Origin: Gemmatimonadales bacterium
GTDB taxonomy: Bacteria; Gemmatimonadota; Gemmatimonadetes; Gemmatimonadales; GWC2-71-9
Length of the DNA stretch: 64,000 bases
Assembly: GCA_036559745.1 (NCBI GenBank)
Contig: DATBSO010000184.1
Span: 14,023 to 78,022, forward strand
Direction of reading: 5' to 3'
Shown: in pieces, positions 63,784 to 64,000 of the stretch
Position numbering within the stretch: position 1 is the stretch's first letter
How the letters are laid out: every line of letters begins with the position of its first letter
The notes under the pieces: generated by a model
Told to the model about the DNA's origin: nothing
What the model saw: only the letters and a program-made list of their open reading frames with translations
The model's database searches: none
Program-made: the position numbers and the translations under genes

Positions 63784-64000
63784 ATGGCGACCAGAAAGAA
63801 GTCGACCCGCAAGTCGAGCCGTCGGCGATACGGCAAGAGTGCCAGCAAGAGCGTCGAGAGCGCCATGCGGCGGAAGAAGAAGGGAACACTGCGGAGCGGC
63901 CCTGGAGGCAAGGGCGGGAAGGTGAAGAGCCGGAAGCAGGCGATCGCGATCGGTCTTTCGGAGGCGCGCAAGAAGGGGGCGAAGGTGCCGCGGAAGAAGA
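63784..64000 (+). CDS. DUF6496-like small basic protein, 5' fragment (runs off window end)
   Basis: Not in the ORF track because there is no stop within the window. ATG 63784 (GGAGAG upstream) encodes MATRKKSTRKSSRRRYGKSASKSVESAMRRKKKGTLRSGPGGKGGKVKSRKQAIAIGLSEARKKGAKVPRKK... The ..SRKQAIAIGLSEARK.. motif is typical of DUF6496. Confidence 0.6.
   Translation, partial: MATRKKSTRKSSRRRYGKSASKSVESAMRRKKKGTLRSGPGGKGGKVKSRKQAIAIGLSEARKKGAKVPRKK

Noticed and set aside
1-64000. Looked for tRNA/rRNA genes, transposases, integrases, prophage genes, restriction-modification, toxin-antitoxin or other known phage-defence gene sets
   Set aside because: I recognised none. Intergenic regions are short and show no cloverleaf-like or rRNA-like sequence, and no nuclease, helicase or methylase signature ORFs were seen. 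A proper tRNAscan, Infernal and DefenseFinder run is still advisable.

Overview
Very GC-rich bacterial chromosomal segment. Codon third positions are almost all G/C, and every real gene has long Arg/Gly/Pro-rich shadow ORFs on the opposite strand. Protein families (DUF5916, HEAT, ECF42-like sigma factors, many secreted peptidases) suggest a Gemmatimonadota/Acidobacteriota-like soil organism, but that is a low-confidence inference. I call about 56 protein-coding genes. I recognise no rRNA, tRNA, CRISPR array, transposase or integrase. Gene packing is tight, and many junctions are 4-nt ATGA/GTGA start/stop overlaps, which I used to choose start codons. Content from left to right: a giant Ser/Thr kinase; a cNMP-domain TrxR-like oxidoreductase with a tandem-PilZ protein; a TetR-MFP-RND-OMF efflux operon; HtrA, M1, M28 and M13 peptidases; a fused OtsA-OtsB trehalose synthase; an amino-acid permease coupled to a two-component system; and an operon of two HtrA-like proteases with a degenerate-receiver LuxR regulator. 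These are followed by a second Ser/Thr kinase; a ten-gene translationally coupled cluster at 37605-48920; a sulfurtransferase; a lipid-turnover operon; pdxH; two tandem 81-aa paralogs of unknown function; and two convergent YciI/DGPF-ECF sigma modules. The ten-gene cluster encodes GT4, two CapK/PaaK-like adenylases flanking a BKACE enzyme, a PGM1-like ATP-grasp, three GNAT/FemAB-fold proteins, a Wzx/MOP exporter and a formyltransferase. It is the best candidate for an undescribed system: a ribosome-independent amide-forming, formylating and exporting pathway that I cannot map to a characterised locus. Non-coding oddities: a roughly 39-bp-stem hairpin built from 9-bp tandem units (50041-50128); phased CCACACC heptads upstream of the cluster; a tandem 22-bp direct repeat upstream of the small paralogs; a duplicated hairpin element in a 400-bp spacer; and a +1 frameshift in a G4 run. 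All functional calls rest on motif recognition by eye. No database search was run.
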